A DNA stretch of 64,000 bases, taken from positions 160,001-224,000 of the IMG/VR virus record IMGVR_UViG_3300036762_000065. One strand, 5' to 3'. The stretch's first letter is position 1. Every line of letters starts with the position of its first letter. Position numbers and translations under genes: made by a program. Positions 46,435 to 55,901 of this stretch are shown here, piece after piece. This stretch comes from a virus (Duplodnaviria > Caudoviricetes). The notes under the pieces were generated by a model that had not been told where the DNA came from, searched no databases, and saw only the letters and a program-made list of their open reading frames with translations.

Positions 46435-47835
46435 TTATTCTAAGGCATATGCGTGGTCGGACTCTCCATCATCCTCATCTGTCTTGAGTGCAGAGCTGGA
46501 TTTATTTATATGTATTACATTATTACCGAGTTCATCCTCTTCAGACCCTTCATAGTCATCGGACTCTTCAGAACTGACATTTTCAACGCGCATTATATCG
46601 AAACGTTCTCCAAGCTCAAAAGGAAACAATTCACCGTCACGGCATTTATCTTGTTTTACTGGAAGTATACGCAACTCTCGCTGTTCTTCCTTACTGTAGT
46701 TCCATCTCCACATAACATCGCAGTGTTCTTTAACGCCTCTGGAGTATCTGAGTTTGTCGGTATCATCATCTAATTGGCAAAGCAGAATAACAAGACAACT
46801 GTTATTTCTGCTGTACACTTTAGCTTGTCGAGCAATACCACTAAGCATCATCCATTGATTATCAACATCAACACCTTCGAACAGGCTTATGTAATCTACA
46901 CCTACTATATCAAACTGAAACGGTTTTATCCAACGCATAGCCTCGTCAAATTTCATAGGACGCTTCGGACTCCAACTGCAATAACTACAATCGTTCTCTT
47001 GTCCGAATTTGATGAATTCAGCATGTGCTTTCTTAATGCGTTTTTTATCTACCATGGTAAGTTTATTGTGCTTAAACTTCCATAGAGGAACACCTGAAAG
47101 ATTTGAAAGCAAGCGAGTTGTTTCTTGCCTGTCTCCCATTTCTAAACTAAGGCGTAAAACTTTCATTTTACATAACCTGTATATATTAATAAGCAGGTTC
47201 ATAAGTACAGCACTCTTACCTCCGGAAGTAGTTGCTGCTATTATCATTACACCTTCTTTAGGCAGTCCTCCAGCTTTGTTATCAAACTCAGTAAACCCTG
47301 TCTTAAGCAGAACCTCTGCAACAGAGTTTAATACCTCATCGACAATCTCATAGGAGTTGTCATTTTGTCCGAAAGATATTACTTTTTCATCGGCGTAAGT
47401 GTCAGAATTGGCGCTAACGATTTGGGCAGTTATTTTATTTAACAACTGTTCAACATCCACATTACCTGAGTCTAACGCATCTATAGCATCGTTGGAAGTT
47501 TCATAAATTATACGAATCTTCCTGTACTCATTTAAGCGTTCGAATAGTAGCTTCAAACTCTTTTTATTACCGCACGATTTTACATCAGAGTCTCGCAACA
47601 CATCTCTAAAGTCTTCCTCCAAAGCAGGGTCTTCTAACAGGTCGTCATAATCTATAAGCTCGGTTCGCTTCTTAGCTATTACGCTTATCCTGTTAAAAGA
47701 GGCACTACACGGGGGAAATCTGAAATGTGATTTATCAAGTTTCCCCAGCAACGTACTACGCACTGCTTCTGGAATTTTAGAATTAGTTAATGTTTTTATG
47801 CAGCGTATCTCTGTTTCCTGAGAATACAGAAGCAT
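46435..47835 (-). CDS. DnaB-like replicative helicase
   Basis: TGF..FD...GG, AATTSGGKS, SLEM, VDYI, LCQL and K.RDG motifs. Confidence 0.92.
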   Translation of the reverse strand: MLLYSQETEIRCIKTLTNSKIPEAVRSTLLGKLDKSHFRFPPCSASFNRISVIAKKRTELIDYDDLLEDPALEEDFRDVLRDSDVKSCGNKKSLKLLFERLNEYRKIRIIYETSNDAIDALDSGNVDVEQLLNKITAQIVSANSDTYADEKVISFGQNDNSYEIVDEVLNSVAEVLLKTGFTEFDNKAGGLPKEGVMIIAATTSGGKSAVLMNLLINIYRLCKMKVLRLSLEMGDRQETTRLLSNLSGVPLWKFKHNKLTMVDKKRIKKAHAEFIKFGQENDCSYCSWSPKRPMKFDEAMRWIKPFQFDIVGVDYISLFEGVDVDNQWMMLSGIARQAKVYSRNNSCLVILLCQLDDDTDKLRYSRGVKEHCDVMWRWNYSKEEQRELRILPVKQDKCRDGELFPFELGERFDIMRVENVSSEESDDYEGSEEDELGNNVIHINKSSSALKTDEDDGESDHAYALE

Positions 47836-47837
47836 CG

Positions 47838-48227
47838 TTATGACCTCAAGGAGAGCTTAGTAGTTTCTAAGTCTGTAGGTAAATCACTTATCCATACTTT
47901 CCAAAATTCCGTCCCGGAAGCCTTACTTCTTAAGTGGACAGGCTTTTTGTGTTTAAACTTCTCAACTTCAAAACGCGACACTGATCCAAATATATTTGGA
48001 TTTGTTAATAACGCAACCGCGCTGTCTATGTCAGAATCATCGAACCCGAAGAGTGAGTTTAACCTTCGCTTTAAATTGTTTAAAGTTATTCCACTATCTG
48101 ATCGGATTGTAGAGTAGACTGTATTTATAACGGTCTTTTTATAGTCGTTCGTACTAGGTAGTCTAAACACACTATATATTACCTTTTCCATTTCCGCAGG
48201 ATTAAGCTGCATGGTTACACCTCTCAA
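47838..48227 (-). CDS. Hypothetical protein
   Basis: Co-directional ORF. Confidence 0.6.
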   Translation of the reverse strand: MRGVTMQLNPAEMEKVIYSVFRLPSTNDYKKTVINTVYSTIRSDSGITLNNLKRRLNSLFGFDDSDIDSAVALLTNPNIFGSVSRFEVEKFKHKKPVHLRSKASGTEFWKVWISDLPTDLETTKLSLRS

Positions 48228-49401
48228 TTTTTTCAGGAAAAGAAGTTTCCCCTATATAATTTAAAAACCTTGAAGCTCTTTTTGTACACAAGTTTAAATA
48301 AGCACAAGTTTGTTTAAAGTAAATTCTACCTGCCACCTTGTTGTAGTGATCATTATTGTCTTTGTCTTCAGGCAACGCACAGTGTTTGTGCAAATAATCA
48401 GTGAATCCGTTATGCTCTATTCCAGAAATAATAAGTATAAAGTCTCTGCGCCTCTTAGTTGTGCCGTGATACTTTAAGATGCTGCGGAAGTTCAACTTAT
48501 GTTCTTGGTATTCTATGGAATCTCGTTTTGTTTCTGAGTTCTGAAGCGAGTCGTAACTAATGTTGCCGTCACTGTCTTTATTTACACTCATTTGATTTTC
48601 AGAAGTTACAACAAGATCGTAACTATTGCCTCCATATCCGTCTTTCTTTCCTTTAACCAATCTACCTCTTTTCTGAGTAGTGTAGCTCTTTATTATATTG
48701 TTTGTGTGGTTTGTGATGGCTCGTTTAACGTAGTTTTGTACGTACAAAGGATCACGGATAGTAGGCATCAGTTTATTGAATGTCGTTATTGCTTTACAAA
48801 CAAGGTCACTGTGGAAGTCACTATCTACCAAGTTATTACTAAACGTGATAAATCGAAGCTTCTTGTTTGTTATCCCCTTTATATGCCACAAAACATTTGG
48901 GTATATCTCATCAAACAGTTTGTACATAGAACAATAGGCTTCATAACTAACATTGTTTTTATTTAAGTTTAGTATACGCTCCGACTTCCTCACACGAGTT
49001 CTAAACCCTGTAATACTAAACACTCTCTTCAGCAACACAACATCATTACGGTCCATTTCAAAGTCGGAGGCAAATTTACTAATATTTGCTTGATTGAAAG
49101 GATACAAAGCAAGCGTAAAACTAAAGTATTTTAATTTCAGGCTTAAGTAGCTTGTTTCCAGTAATTTCAGGCGAAAAGTTTTTGCACTATCTTCTAGTTG
49201 ACTAAAATCAACTTTAGCTTTAAGTGAGTGCTGTAACGCATATGCTCCTTTATCTCCGTTAACTCCGGTTAAATATAGGACTACATCGGACGCAACATCT
49301 ACAAGAACAGGATCATTTAATTTTAAATTTAAGTCATTCACCAGCAAATCGCATAGTGATCTTGATTTCAACATCGTAAAGGCTCCTTGAAAATTAAACA
49401 T
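48202..49401 (-). CDS. Divergent sigma-factor-like protein
   Basis: DFHSDL...AI..FNK.....Y..NYVKRAITNH..N resembles sigma region 2; weak. Confidence 0.45.
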   Translation of the reverse strand: MFNFQGAFTMLKSRSLCDLLVNDLNLKLNDPVLVDVASDVVLYLTGVNGDKGAYALQHSLKAKVDFSQLEDSAKTFRLKLLETSYLSLKLKYFSFTLALYPFNQANISKFASDFEMDRNDVVLLKRVFSITGFRTRVRKSERILNLNKNNVSYEAYCSMYKLFDEIYPNVLWHIKGITNKKLRFITFSNNLVDSDFHSDLVCKAITTFNKLMPTIRDPLYVQNYVKRAITNHTNNIIKSYTTQKRGRLVKGKKDGYGGNSYDLVVTSENQMSVNKDSDGNISYDSLQNSETKRDSIEYQEHKLNFRSILKYHGTTKRRRDFILIISGIEHNGFTDYLHKHCALPEDKDNNDHYNKVAGRIYFKQTCAYLNLCTKRASRFLNYIGETSFPEKIERCNHAA

Positions 49402-50245
49402 CTATCTCGATAACTTCACGATTAGTACTGCGCCTGTTATTGCTACGGCGTCTAGTGTTTAATGTTCTTCTGTCGCCGCTGTCGTCTGTATACGTTTCAG
49501 ATACATCCTTAGCCTTGAATCCTTTTTCAATGTTGGCAACTATTGTAGTCAGATCATTCAAGCTGCCTTTACGGGGTAGTTTGTTTTCTTTGAACACGGT
49601 ATCAATAGTCGTTATTAAGCCTCGCTTAGACTCGTTAGTTATACCGAGTTCGTAGTCTTCTTCTGCTCTAAGTTTTCTGCTTAATGTGCGAGATACATCA
49701 GGGTCGCATAGCCTGCCTTTATCTAACATTGAGGCCCTTAGTTCTTTAAACTCCACTCTTGACATTATATGCGGAGCACATCCTGCGTTAAACGTAAGTA
49801 CACACTTACCGTCAACACTCATAAGCTTATAAACCTTACTGTCTACAAACATTATGCGAGCTTCCATGAAATTACTCAAGTAATTTGAACTAGCAAGACC
49901 TCTATATCTAACATAAACAACTTGACCAATTTTGTAACCTGCCTGTCTCGTCCTGTCCTCTCGCATTATCATAGCACCGAGTGCTCGTAAACTACTATCT
50001 GGTAATGTATCAACAACTTTGGCTAAAGCTACAAACCCGCCGTCTGTAGCTATCAAGTCCTTTAAGTTGTTTACATCGGGTTGAAAACTTGAACATATCT
50101 TTGACGTTTCAACAGTTCCGACTTCCGAGCATGTGGTTTTACTGCTCTTTAATCGTTCTGTACAGAATCCTACACAATCACCACAAACTGGCTTTAGTGA
50201 TTTTAGTGTCTTGCGATTCTTTTGACGCTCTCTTGTCGTTTCCAT
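49394..50245 (-). CDS. Hypothetical protein with N-terminal Cys cluster
   Basis: CGDC...C...C.SF. Confidence 0.7.
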   Translation of the reverse strand: METTRERQKNRKTLKSLKPVCGDCVGFCTERLKSSKTTCSEVGTVETSKICSSFQPDVNNLKDLIATDGGFVALAKVVDTLPDSSLRALGAMIMREDRTRQAGYKIGQVVYVRYRGLASSNYLSNFMEARIMFVDSKVYKLMSVDGKCVLTFNAGCAPHIMSRVEFKELRASMLDKGRLCDPDVSRTLSRKLRAEEDYELGITNESKRGLITTIDTVFKENKLPRKGSLNDLTTIVANIEKGFKAKDVSETYTDDSGDRRTLNTRRRSNNRRSTNREVIEIDV

Positions 50246-50726
50246 TTTCTACACCTTTATTTTTTAGTGTGTATGCTATACAATATTTTAATGCAGTCTC
50301 AAGATTGCCTAGCGCATTATCAATCTTGATCAACTGCAAACCCCTATGCAGGTTTACATCAAGCTTAGCCATAACTTTTATCTCTTTATCTTCCGGTGCG
50401 ATTGGAGGAGAAAGAATAGAGCCGACTAATATCTCAATATAAACTTTGGAATTATTTTCTTCTAAAGAAGTTTTCCAAAAAATCCTTTTTATTTTTCTTC
50501 CTGTACGAATTTTAGCAACAATAGCCTCTGCGTGTGCATGAAGCGTATCGTGACAAGTAGGGCACAAAGGTATTTGAAGGCTAGACTCACCGCCTAACGC
50601 AACAGGTACTGTATGATGCCAGTTCAAGGCATTACAATAGACGGTACAAATAACACAGTATCCTGACTTGGGTTTATCAGACATTATAGCACTTGAACCT
50701 TTTCGGATTTCCAAGGAAAGTTCCAT
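50178..50726 (-). CDS. HNH-domain protein
   Basis: CVIC...WHH.VP..LGG.....LCPTCH..LH; likely start at MSDK. Confidence 0.8.
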   Translation of the reverse strand: MELSLEIRKGSSAIMSDKPKSGYCVICTVYCNALNWHHTVPVALGGESSLQIPLCPTCHDTLHAHAEAIVAKIRTGRKIKRIFWKTSLEENNSKVYIEILVGSILSPPIAPEDKEIKVMAKLDVNLHRGLQLIKIDNALGNLETALKYCIAYTLKNKGVENGNDKRASKESQDTKITKASLW

Positions 50727-51976
50727 GTACCCTTAGTGTTAGATGAGCCTCGAATATATGCTTTATATTGGGAAGTCGGCATTAACCAAGCCAATCTTAT
50801 ATTTGGATTTAATGGGTTTATAGCATAATGATCAGAAACAACCGTGTATTTAACAGAACTACTGGCATTCAATAATTCCATAAACTCCAACAGAAAGTTC
50901 TGAATCTGCTCTATGTCGTTTATAGCCTGCTTTCTTGAAGGCAATGTGCTACCAGAAAGCTTCCTAGTTTCTAGTGCTTGTATTTTTATCTTTATTTCAC
51001 TTATAGCCTCTAAATACTCCTTGATAGCAGAAGTGTTCCTTGTTTTCGGATCGCGGGCAACTCGCAGCATATCCTTATAGTCTTCGAGTTGATTTTTAAG
51101 GGTGTTTAAACCACGTTCTTTGTTTGAAGTTTTACGTTCAATATCATGCACCAAAGAAGTACGTTTCTTGTTTGTAGAAGCAAAGTTTATATCAAAGGCT
51201 AACACGGTCTGATCTAACAAAATAGGTATGTCGTCTTCATAGCCTACGTTCTTAGTTACGCCGTTGCGCATACGAGACAGTCTGTGACCTGTAGCAAAAC
51301 TGGCCATTTTTATGCCGGACTTTCGTATGTGTGCGGAAGAGTTTAGTATAGGGGATTGGAAGTTTACAACTATAGGTACTCGAATTAGTTGAAACGCCTT
51401 ACCTTTTAGGGAGTTTGGTAGTTTAGATTTTTGACGCTCTAAACTTGATAGGAGTTTTGCAGTTTCTTTGTCTTCTTTTGAAGTATCAACTTTTTCTTCG
51501 GCGTCTGCTTCATCGGATTCTTCTTTCACATTAGTAAGTTGCTGTATTGCAGCTTTGAACCCGTGTTCTTTAGAAGTCTTCTTTATGGCTTCGTTGGAAA
51601 CGTCCGTAACTACTTCCTGCTCTTGCGAAAGAGAATTACGGAATAGTTTTAACCAGTTGTAGTTGCTTACTAAAGATGTTGCTACTGTTTTTCTATAATC
51701 AGAAAACTTTAGCAGGTCTTGCTCTAACCCGTTTATAATCCCATTTAGAGATATTAGGGTTTTAGAAATTGCATGTTTTGCTGGACGTAGTCCTGGAGTT
51801 TGTTGTACGAGGGTTAAAACATTTTCGTTTAGATAGGTTTCTAAACTTTTAACTTCGGATAGGATTTCAGATTTTCTTTTCAACTTTCTTTCTTTGACCG
51901 AACTTAGGTAATCTCTCATACGAGTTAACATTTCATCGTAATCAGAAAGCCGTCGGCCGCTAATGGCAGTAGTCAT
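50684..51976 (-). CDS. Hypothetical coiled-coil protein
   Basis: 430 aa; AAGGA RBS. Confidence 0.75.
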   Translation of the reverse strand: MTTAISGRRLSDYDEMLTRMRDYLSSVKERKLKRKSEILSEVKSLETYLNENVLTLVQQTPGLRPAKHAISKTLISLNGIINGLEQDLLKFSDYRKTVATSLVSNYNWLKLFRNSLSQEQEVVTDVSNEAIKKTSKEHGFKAAIQQLTNVKEESDEADAEEKVDTSKEDKETAKLLSSLERQKSKLPNSLKGKAFQLIRVPIVVNFQSPILNSSAHIRKSGIKMASFATGHRLSRMRNGVTKNVGYEDDIPILLDQTVLAFDINFASTNKKRTSLVHDIERKTSNKERGLNTLKNQLEDYKDMLRVARDPKTRNTSAIKEYLEAISEIKIKIQALETRKLSGSTLPSRKQAINDIEQIQNFLLEFMELLNASSSVKYTVVSDHYAINPLNPNIRLAWLMPTSQYKAYIRGSSNTKGTWNFPWKSEKVQVL

Positions 51977-52034
51977 TTTAAGTCCTTGTGATACAATCGT
52001 GTGGTTGATTATATAGGTGACGCTTGACTAAATT

Positions 52035-52062
52035 ATTATATTAATCAGCGTAGGTAATGCAA
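52035..52062 (-). promoter_or_regulatory. Sigma70-like promoter
   Basis: Minus strand TTGCAT-N16-TATAAT. Confidence 0.5.
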
Positions 52063-52125
52063 AATAGGACTTCATGTTAACAAGTGTTTATCATAATACA
52101 CCTCGCTAAACGTTTATTATTATAT

Positions 52126-52177
52126 GGCGAACGTTACTTAACACCGTAACCGGCGAACGTTACTTAACGCCGTTACC
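52126..52177. repeat. 26-bp tandem direct repeat (2 copies)
   Basis: GGCGAACGTTACTTAACRCCGTWACC x2. Confidence 0.85.
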
Positions 52178-52207
52178 ACTTTTCATCGTGCTCTAGTTCT
52201 TTGATCG

Positions 52208-52236
52208 AGTATATCAAATTATAATAAAAATAGCAA
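52208..52236 (-). promoter_or_regulatory. Sigma70-like promoter
   Basis: Minus strand TTGCTA-N17-TATACT. Confidence 0.5.
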
Positions 52237-52238
52237 AT

Positions 52239-52267
52239 ATTTTATTACGTCTTAGACGTAATAAAAT
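52239..52267. repeat. 14-bp perfect inverted repeat with 1-nt centre
   Basis: ATTTTATTACGTCT-T-AGACGTAATAAAAT. Confidence 0.8.
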
Positions 52268-52272
52268 TATTA

Positions 52273-52350
52273 TGGTGCCCCTCGGCGGACTTGAACCGAC
52301 GACCTACCGATTATGGGTCAGGTGCTCTAACAAACTGAGCTAAAGGGGGC
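52273..52350 (-). tRNA. Degenerate tRNA, CAT anticodon (Ile2/Met-like)
   Basis: GCCCCCTTTAGCTCAGTTTGTTAGAGCACCTGACCCATAATCGGTAGGTCGTCGGTTCAAGTCCGCCGAGGGGCACCA: cloverleaf, TTCAA T-loop and encoded CCA, with several non-canonical positions. Confidence 0.8.
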
Positions 52351-52364
52351 TAATTACAATAAGA

Positions 52365-52720
52365 GGAGGACACTTTATACAAACAAAGTGTCCTCCAATG
52401 TAGTTACTGTATTTTTATAGAAGGTCTTGTCTACCACAAAGTTCCATCTTCTCGGCATATGGGAGCAAGAGGCGACAACGAAGAGGACTCCAATACACCA
52501 GTTTTGACAAAAACACCTCTTCGTCGTGTTCTTAAATTAGATCCCCAACCCTGAGAGTACTCCCCAAATCGTTTTGACGTAACTTAAGTGGCTGCATCAT
52601 AGCACACTTGTAATATCAAATCATATCCGGGCACAGGGCCAGTTCCTCTTATTTAACGTAGGTTTTCTCGCTTTCGAATAAGCAACCTTACGATTTATAG
52701 TAGAGGCGACACTATAAATT
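52365..52720 (-). ncRNA. Candidate ~350-nt structured RNA
   Basis: No ORF of 60 aa or more. Stems 52693-52701/52711-52719, 52657-52692, 52478-52486/52516-52524 and 52365-52376/52385-52396; TGTAAA motif directly upstream. Confidence 0.45.
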
Positions 52721-52792
52721 CTTTTACAGGTAACTAAAGTCCTATTCGTTGAATCTTATATTCACACTTTTTAATCCGGTAAATCAACAAGG

Positions 52793-54313
52793 TTATTCAT
52801 CATCACCACCTTCTTCAACGTTCAACTTAGTCTTAGCGCCTTGTGCTTTAATCATAGCTTTATACAACTCAAGACCTTTACCTGAAGCCATCTGCCTGCG
52901 CACAAAAGTACGCAACAGTACCGGCTTAGGAAGTTTGTAGTCTATACACATATCTTTGATTAAATCCTTATCACCTTCGACAAGGGTTTTAAATTCTAAC
53001 CAAGACATGGATATGCCTGCAAAAGGATTATCAAAAGAATAATGTTCTGTCTTTACTTCCCCAGTAAGTCTATCAATAAGTTCTAGTGACATACCTTCTA
53101 GGAATTTGATTTTCTTCCGGTTGCCTCCGATTTGACCTGTAGACTTCAAATACTGATAAGTGTCCCAAGTTTGACAGAACCCTGTTGCGTTACCTTCTGC
53201 GTTCTGCACAACAAGTCGCAACATTGTTTCAGAGCTAGGTCTACCGCCCAACTTGTTTTTAAATGTACGCACTTTTATGTAACGATAAACATCAACACCA
53301 TCAACACGCACAGAAGGTTCTTCTTCTACACTACCTTTCCCTTGCACACCGGCAGTAGATAACGAAACCGAACTTGTACGCAATCTAACGTCCGAGAAAA
53401 ACTTTAGTGAGTTTCCACAAGGTTCATCTTCTGTAGGACCGTGCATTGCCATAGGTATAGCTCGCATCTGATTTATCCCTAGAACTACAACTCTCTTCGG
53501 ACGCATCTGACTCTTTACACGTTTGAGTCCGTCAGCAAACATACGCGCTTGACTGCCTAAAGATTTATCGCCTTCTTCTTTATCTTCTGTTTGTTTTGGC
53601 AGCATAGCAGGATAAGAATCGACTAAGATTATAGCTTGAATAGAGCCGTCTTTGGCAGGTACTCGCAACTTGTTTGCTTTCGTCAAATACTTAACATCGT
53701 AAAGACCTTTAAGCATTTTCTTGTTCGGCACTGTGTGGTCGTAAACATAATACCAATTTTTTCCTATACGAACTTTGTCTGGTAATTCTTTTTCAAGCTT
53801 TGCTAAGTAGTTGAAAAAAGACTCTCCGTTACTTGGAGCGTAGTATCTAACTCTAGGAGGTATCAACCACTCGCCGTTATCTTCGTCTTTGACTCCGAAC
53901 ACATTGTCGATCTTTTGCTTGACACCCATGCTGTGCATGATGTTTTCAATATAATCTCCTTGGGTAGAACCTTCGTAGTCAAAATACGCTGCAGGTCCTA
54001 AGAATTTAGCCATAGACATTATACTGGCCAAAACTGTCATTGCTGTTGTAGACTTACAGGACTGCTCACCGCCTGCGAAAGTATACCAACCGCCTCCGAG
54101 CAGTCCTCCATTCAACATTAAATCAAGCCTAAGCAGTCCGGTACTGAATCTAGGCTCGTCTTTGTCTATAGACATTGCATTTACAGAGAACTTTTTTTCC
54201 ATACTATCGAGCGTGGAGTCCATTAAAGCGTAAGGATTGAAATCAGGTATAACTGCAGGTGTATCAGAATCGACAACACGTTTTCGCCTAGTAGTTCTTG
54301 TTGCTGTGACCAT
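52793..54313 (-). CDS. RecA/UvsX-like recombinase
   Basis: FSTG.L.LD..L.GGL, GGEQSCKST, FDYEG, LVDS, INQMR, G.SLKFFSDVR and KNKLG motifs. Confidence 0.92.
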   Translation of the reverse strand: MVTATRTTRRKRVVDSDTPAVIPDFNPYALMDSTLDSMEKKFSVNAMSIDKDEPRFSTGLLRLDLMLNGGLLGGGWYTFAGGEQSCKSTTAMTVLASIMSMAKFLGPAAYFDYEGSTQGDYIENIMHSMGVKQKIDNVFGVKDEDNGEWLIPPRVRYYAPSNGESFFNYLAKLEKELPDKVRIGKNWYYVYDHTVPNKKMLKGLYDVKYLTKANKLRVPAKDGSIQAIILVDSYPAMLPKQTEDKEEGDKSLGSQARMFADGLKRVKSQMRPKRVVVLGINQMRAIPMAMHGPTEDEPCGNSLKFFSDVRLRTSSVSLSTAGVQGKGSVEEEPSVRVDGVDVYRYIKVRTFKNKLGGRPSSETMLRLVVQNAEGNATGFCQTWDTYQYLKSTGQIGGNRKKIKFLEGMSLELIDRLTGEVKTEHYSFDNPFAGISMSWLEFKTLVEGDKDLIKDMCIDYKLPKPVLLRTFVRRQMASGKGLELYKAMIKAQGAKTKLNVEEGGDDE

Positions 54314-54330
54314 AAGAATTCCTCAAGAAT

Positions 54331-54354
54331 AAGAGGGTTGAAATCAACCCTCTT
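54331..54354 (-). terminator. Hairpin/terminator
   Basis: AAGAGGGTTG/CAACCCTCTT stem. Confidence 0.6.
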
Positions 54355-54374
54355 TAGTTTAAGACTGCGGCTAT

Positions 54375-55868
54375 TTACTCATCATCCCAGTCATCATCCT
54401 CGTCTTCATCGTCATCGTCTTCTACCGGACGCCTTGATTTCTTGGCAACAGGTTTCTTGCGAGAACGCGGAGGTTCATCATCCTCGTCTTCCTCATCATC
54501 CTCATCGTCATCGTCCCATTTTGATGATTTCTTGGCAACAGGTTTCTTGCGAGAACTCCTAGACAGCTTAATATCTGCAATATCATCGTCATCATCCTCG
54601 TCTTCATCATCATCCTCATCCTCATCGTCCCATTTTGATGATTTCTTGGCAACAGGTTTCTTGCGAGAACGTGGAGGTTCATCATCCTCGTCTTCATCAT
54701 CCTCATCGTCATCGTCCTCATCCCATTTTGATGATTTCTTAGCGATATGTTTCTTGCGAGAACGTGGAGGTTCATCATCCTCGTCTTCATCATCCTCATC
54801 GTCATCTTCTACCGGACGCCTTGATTTCTTGGCAACAGGTTTCTTGCGAGAACGTGGAGGTTCATCATCCTCGTCTTCATCATCCTCATCGTCATCGTCC
54901 TCATCCCATTTTGATGATTTCTTAGCGGCAGGTCTCTTGCGAGAACGTGGAGGTTCATCATCCTCGTCTTCATCATCCTCATCGTCATCTTCTACCGAAC
55001 GCCTTGATTTCTTAGCGACAGGTTTCTTCTTGCGAGAACGGTTAGACAGATCAATATCATCATCGTCTTCATCGTCATCGTCAGAATCAATCTCCTCGCC
55101 TCCAACTATTTCCATACGTTTGAAATCTTCTTCGGCTTGTTTAGGGCTTAATCGGCCGGCCTGGTCGAGTAATTCTGACGGTAACTGCCAAGTCAAGTAC
55201 TCTCGCTCCTCTTCTGTTATAGGAGTCCTACCGTCTTCTGCTTTGTCTGCACTGTACTTGTCACTGCCGCTGCCTTTAGGCTTAAACTTAATGTTTATAT
55301 CAATGCCAAATTTCGGGTGTGATATATCAAAAGCTTTTTTAGCGCCTGTTTTGTTTTTAACTATATTATTCTCACCAAGCTCTTGCATACGAGCTGCAAC
55401 AGTAGGTGGTATACGTAAAACTCTAACAGGTGTCCATGACTTAGAACGTATGTCTTTAAAACCTGTCTCTTGTTCTGTTTTCGTTGGACGTGCTTTTTTA
55501 GCAGGCTCTTCTTCTTGAAGTTCGCGTATGATTGCATTAACAAGATAGAAGTTTTCGTAGTTTGAACTACCGTGCTCTCCTGTAGACAAGTCACAGTAAG
55601 GACAATGAACACCTGCAAGAGGTTCACTCTCATTTTGCGTGTCGAAAGCTACACAAAATCTAGGTACTCTAGTTTCTTTTTTGTCTTTGCCTGTTAATAT
55701 TTTAATCCAGTGTCTTTTTACAGCCAGAATATCCTCGTCAAGAAATCGAACCTGTAACCATTCGTCTTTGGGAAATTGATATACTTGTATAAGCTCATCC
55801 AAGCGTAAACTATCGTGTCCCCCTACTTTTGGCTTTAAGTTGCCAAAACCTTTTCTAGTTCCTGTCAT
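54375..55868 (-). CDS. Single-stranded DNA-binding protein (gp32-like) with long charge-block repeat tail
   Basis: VRFL..HW..C...CPYC...Y.VNAI.R...G.DI.I; next to RecA; tail repeats EPPRSRKKPVAKKS plus (D/E)n. Confidence 0.7.
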   Translation of the reverse strand: MTGTRKGFGNLKPKVGGHDSLRLDELIQVYQFPKDEWLQVRFLDEDILAVKRHWIKILTGKDKKETRVPRFCVAFDTQNESEPLAGVHCPYCDLSTGEHGSSNYENFYLVNAIIRELQEEEPAKKARPTKTEQETGFKDIRSKSWTPVRVLRIPPTVAARMQELGENNIVKNKTGAKKAFDISHPKFGIDINIKFKPKGSGSDKYSADKAEDGRTPITEEEREYLTWQLPSELLDQAGRLSPKQAEEDFKRMEIVGGEEIDSDDDDEDDDDIDLSNRSRKKKPVAKKSRRSVEDDDEDDEDEDDEPPRSRKRPAAKKSSKWDEDDDDEDDEDEDDEPPRSRKKPVAKKSRRPVEDDDEDDEDEDDEPPRSRKKHIAKKSSKWDEDDDDEDDEDEDDEPPRSRKKPVAKKSSKWDDEDEDDDEDEDDDDDIADIKLSRSSRKKPVAKKSSKWDDDDEDDEEDEDDEPPRSRKKPVAKKSRRPVEDDDDEDEDDDWDDE

Positions 55869-55901
55869 CTATGTTCTCCAATCGTATTGTTTTTACACAT
55901 A

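Noticed and set aside
54442-55518. 358-aa poly-Ser plus-strand ORF and similar shadow ORFs (54422-54805, 61505-62002, 61565-62050, 62184-62420, 62618-62930)
   Set aside because: These are antisense or alternate-frame read-outs of low-complexity repeats in real minus-strand genes.
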